The position numbers were made by a program, and so were the translations under genes. From contig DASVPT010000216.1 in NCBI GenBank assembly GCA_036389535.1, forward strand, positions 1-45,052: a stretch of 45,052 nucleotides of DNA. Direction: 5' to 3'. The notes beneath the pieces are model-generated. The model was not told the DNA's origin and searched no databases. It saw only the letters and a program-made list of their open reading frames with translations. Positions 44,549 through 45,052 of the stretch are shown in pieces. Position 1 is the first letter of the stretch. Each line of letters begins with the position of its first letter. The DNA comes from Actinomycetota bacterium (lineage in GTDB: Bacteria; Actinomycetota; UBA4738).

Positions 44549-44848
44549 CTATGTGGCTGCCTTGCGGGCGCGCTTGGGCTTTGGCGTGCCGCGCGACTGC
44601 TCGAACCGCTCCCAAATGCCTTGTTTCTGCAGGAGGTTGTGAACCTGCTCGCTCGGTTGCGCTCCGCGCGACAACCAGTGCAGGGCCCGCTCTTCGTCGA
44701 TCTCGATGCCGGACGGCTCCAAGAGCGGGTGGTACTTGCCGATGCTCTCGATGATCCGGCCGTCTCGCGGGCTGCGAGCGTCCGCCACGACCACGCGGTA
44801 GAACGGCCGCTTGGTCGCTCCCATTCTCATCAGTCTGATCTTGACCAT
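44549..44848 (-). CDS. rpsP: 30S ribosomal protein S16.
   Basis: [37 protein letters not shown] is canonical S16. Confidence 0.97.
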   Translation of the reverse strand: MVKIRLMRMGATKRPFYRVVVADARSPRDGRIIESIGKYHPLLEPSGIEIDEERALHWLSRGAQPSEQVHNLLQKQGIWERFEQSRGTPKPKRARKAAT

Positions 44849-44861
44849 CGTTCCTCGCTCG

Positions 44862-45052
44862 TCAGCTGCTCGGAAGGTTCGGCATGCCGGGAAGCTTCGG
44901 AAGTCGCATGCCGCCTCTACCCTTTCCGCCGCCCAGCCCGGCCATCCCCATCATCGACTTCATCATCTTGCGGGCCTGGCCGAATTCCTTGAGAAGCGCG
45001 TTCACCTCGTGGGTCGTGGTGCCTGACCCACGCGCGATGCGCAGGCGGCGGC
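44862..45052 (-). CDS. ffh: Signal recognition particle protein Ffh. Only the C-terminal 62 codons are present; the N-terminus lies outside the window.
   Basis: My manual reverse translation from 45050 gives [62 protein letters not shown], the Met-rich M-domain tail. The stop codon TGA is at 44864..44862. It is not in the ORF track because it has no start in the window. Confidence 0.88.
   Translation of the reverse strand, partial: RRLRIARGSGTTTHEVNALLKEFGQARKMMKSMMGMAGLGGGKGRGGMRLPKLPGMPNLPSS

Noticed and set aside
43105-44754. A 549-aa plus-strand ORF spanning the trmD-rimM-KH-rpsP region.
   Set aside because: It crosses four well-supported minus-strand genes and their junctions. The composition is typical of an antisense frame.

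Overview
This is a gene-dense, visibly high-G+C chromosomal window. I recognise 51 protein-coding genes, 46 of them on the minus strand, and they pack into what reads as a few very long co-directional transcription units.

Gene order on the minus strand, read from high to low coordinates: ffh(partial)-rpsP-KH-rimM-trmD-rplS-lepB-rnhB-DUF2469-yraN-comM-dprA-xerC-sigma(FliA/WhiG type)-M23 peptidase-PQQ propeller-membrane protein-rpsB-tsf-pyrH-frr-cdsA-dxr-rseP-[OmpR regulator + histidine kinase]-ispG-cfa ... proS-small ORF-rimP-nusA-ylxR-infB-DUF503-rbfA-nrnA-truB ... ribF-capA-like-rpsO-pnp-M16 peptidase-dapB-PIG-L deacetylase ... RNase J(partial).

This matches the conserved translation / RNA-processing / envelope-lipid supercluster of Actinomycetota. 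Assigning it to that phylum, possibly a deep-branching lineage, is an inference from synteny plus the short 203-aa EF-Ts. It is not a database result.

I found no rRNA, tRNA, CRISPR array, transposase or prophage genes. Most of the window is ordinary core genome.

The parts I think deserve a second look:
- An uncharacterised trio (secreted M23 peptidase, membrane-tethered beta-propeller, polytopic membrane protein with a polybasic tail) between a sigma-28-type sigma gene and rpsB. The sigma gene is itself translationally coupled to xerC.
- A two-component system inserted into the otherwise tight dxr-rseP-ispG block.
- Structured RNA leaders upstream of pnp (Shine-Dalgarno-sequestering hairpin plus a long irregular stem) and upstream of rimP-nusA-infB (extended -10 promoter followed by a strong intrinsic terminator).
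- Three small plus-strand islands wedged into the minus-strand array with 4-6 bp convergent gaps.
- Several likely leaderless or overlapping divergent promoters.
- Unusual low-complexity extensions on housekeeping proteins: PNPase RG tail, CdsA acidic N-domain, and the S2, NusA and LepB tails.

All functional calls come from motifs I can read in the supplied translations. No searches were run.
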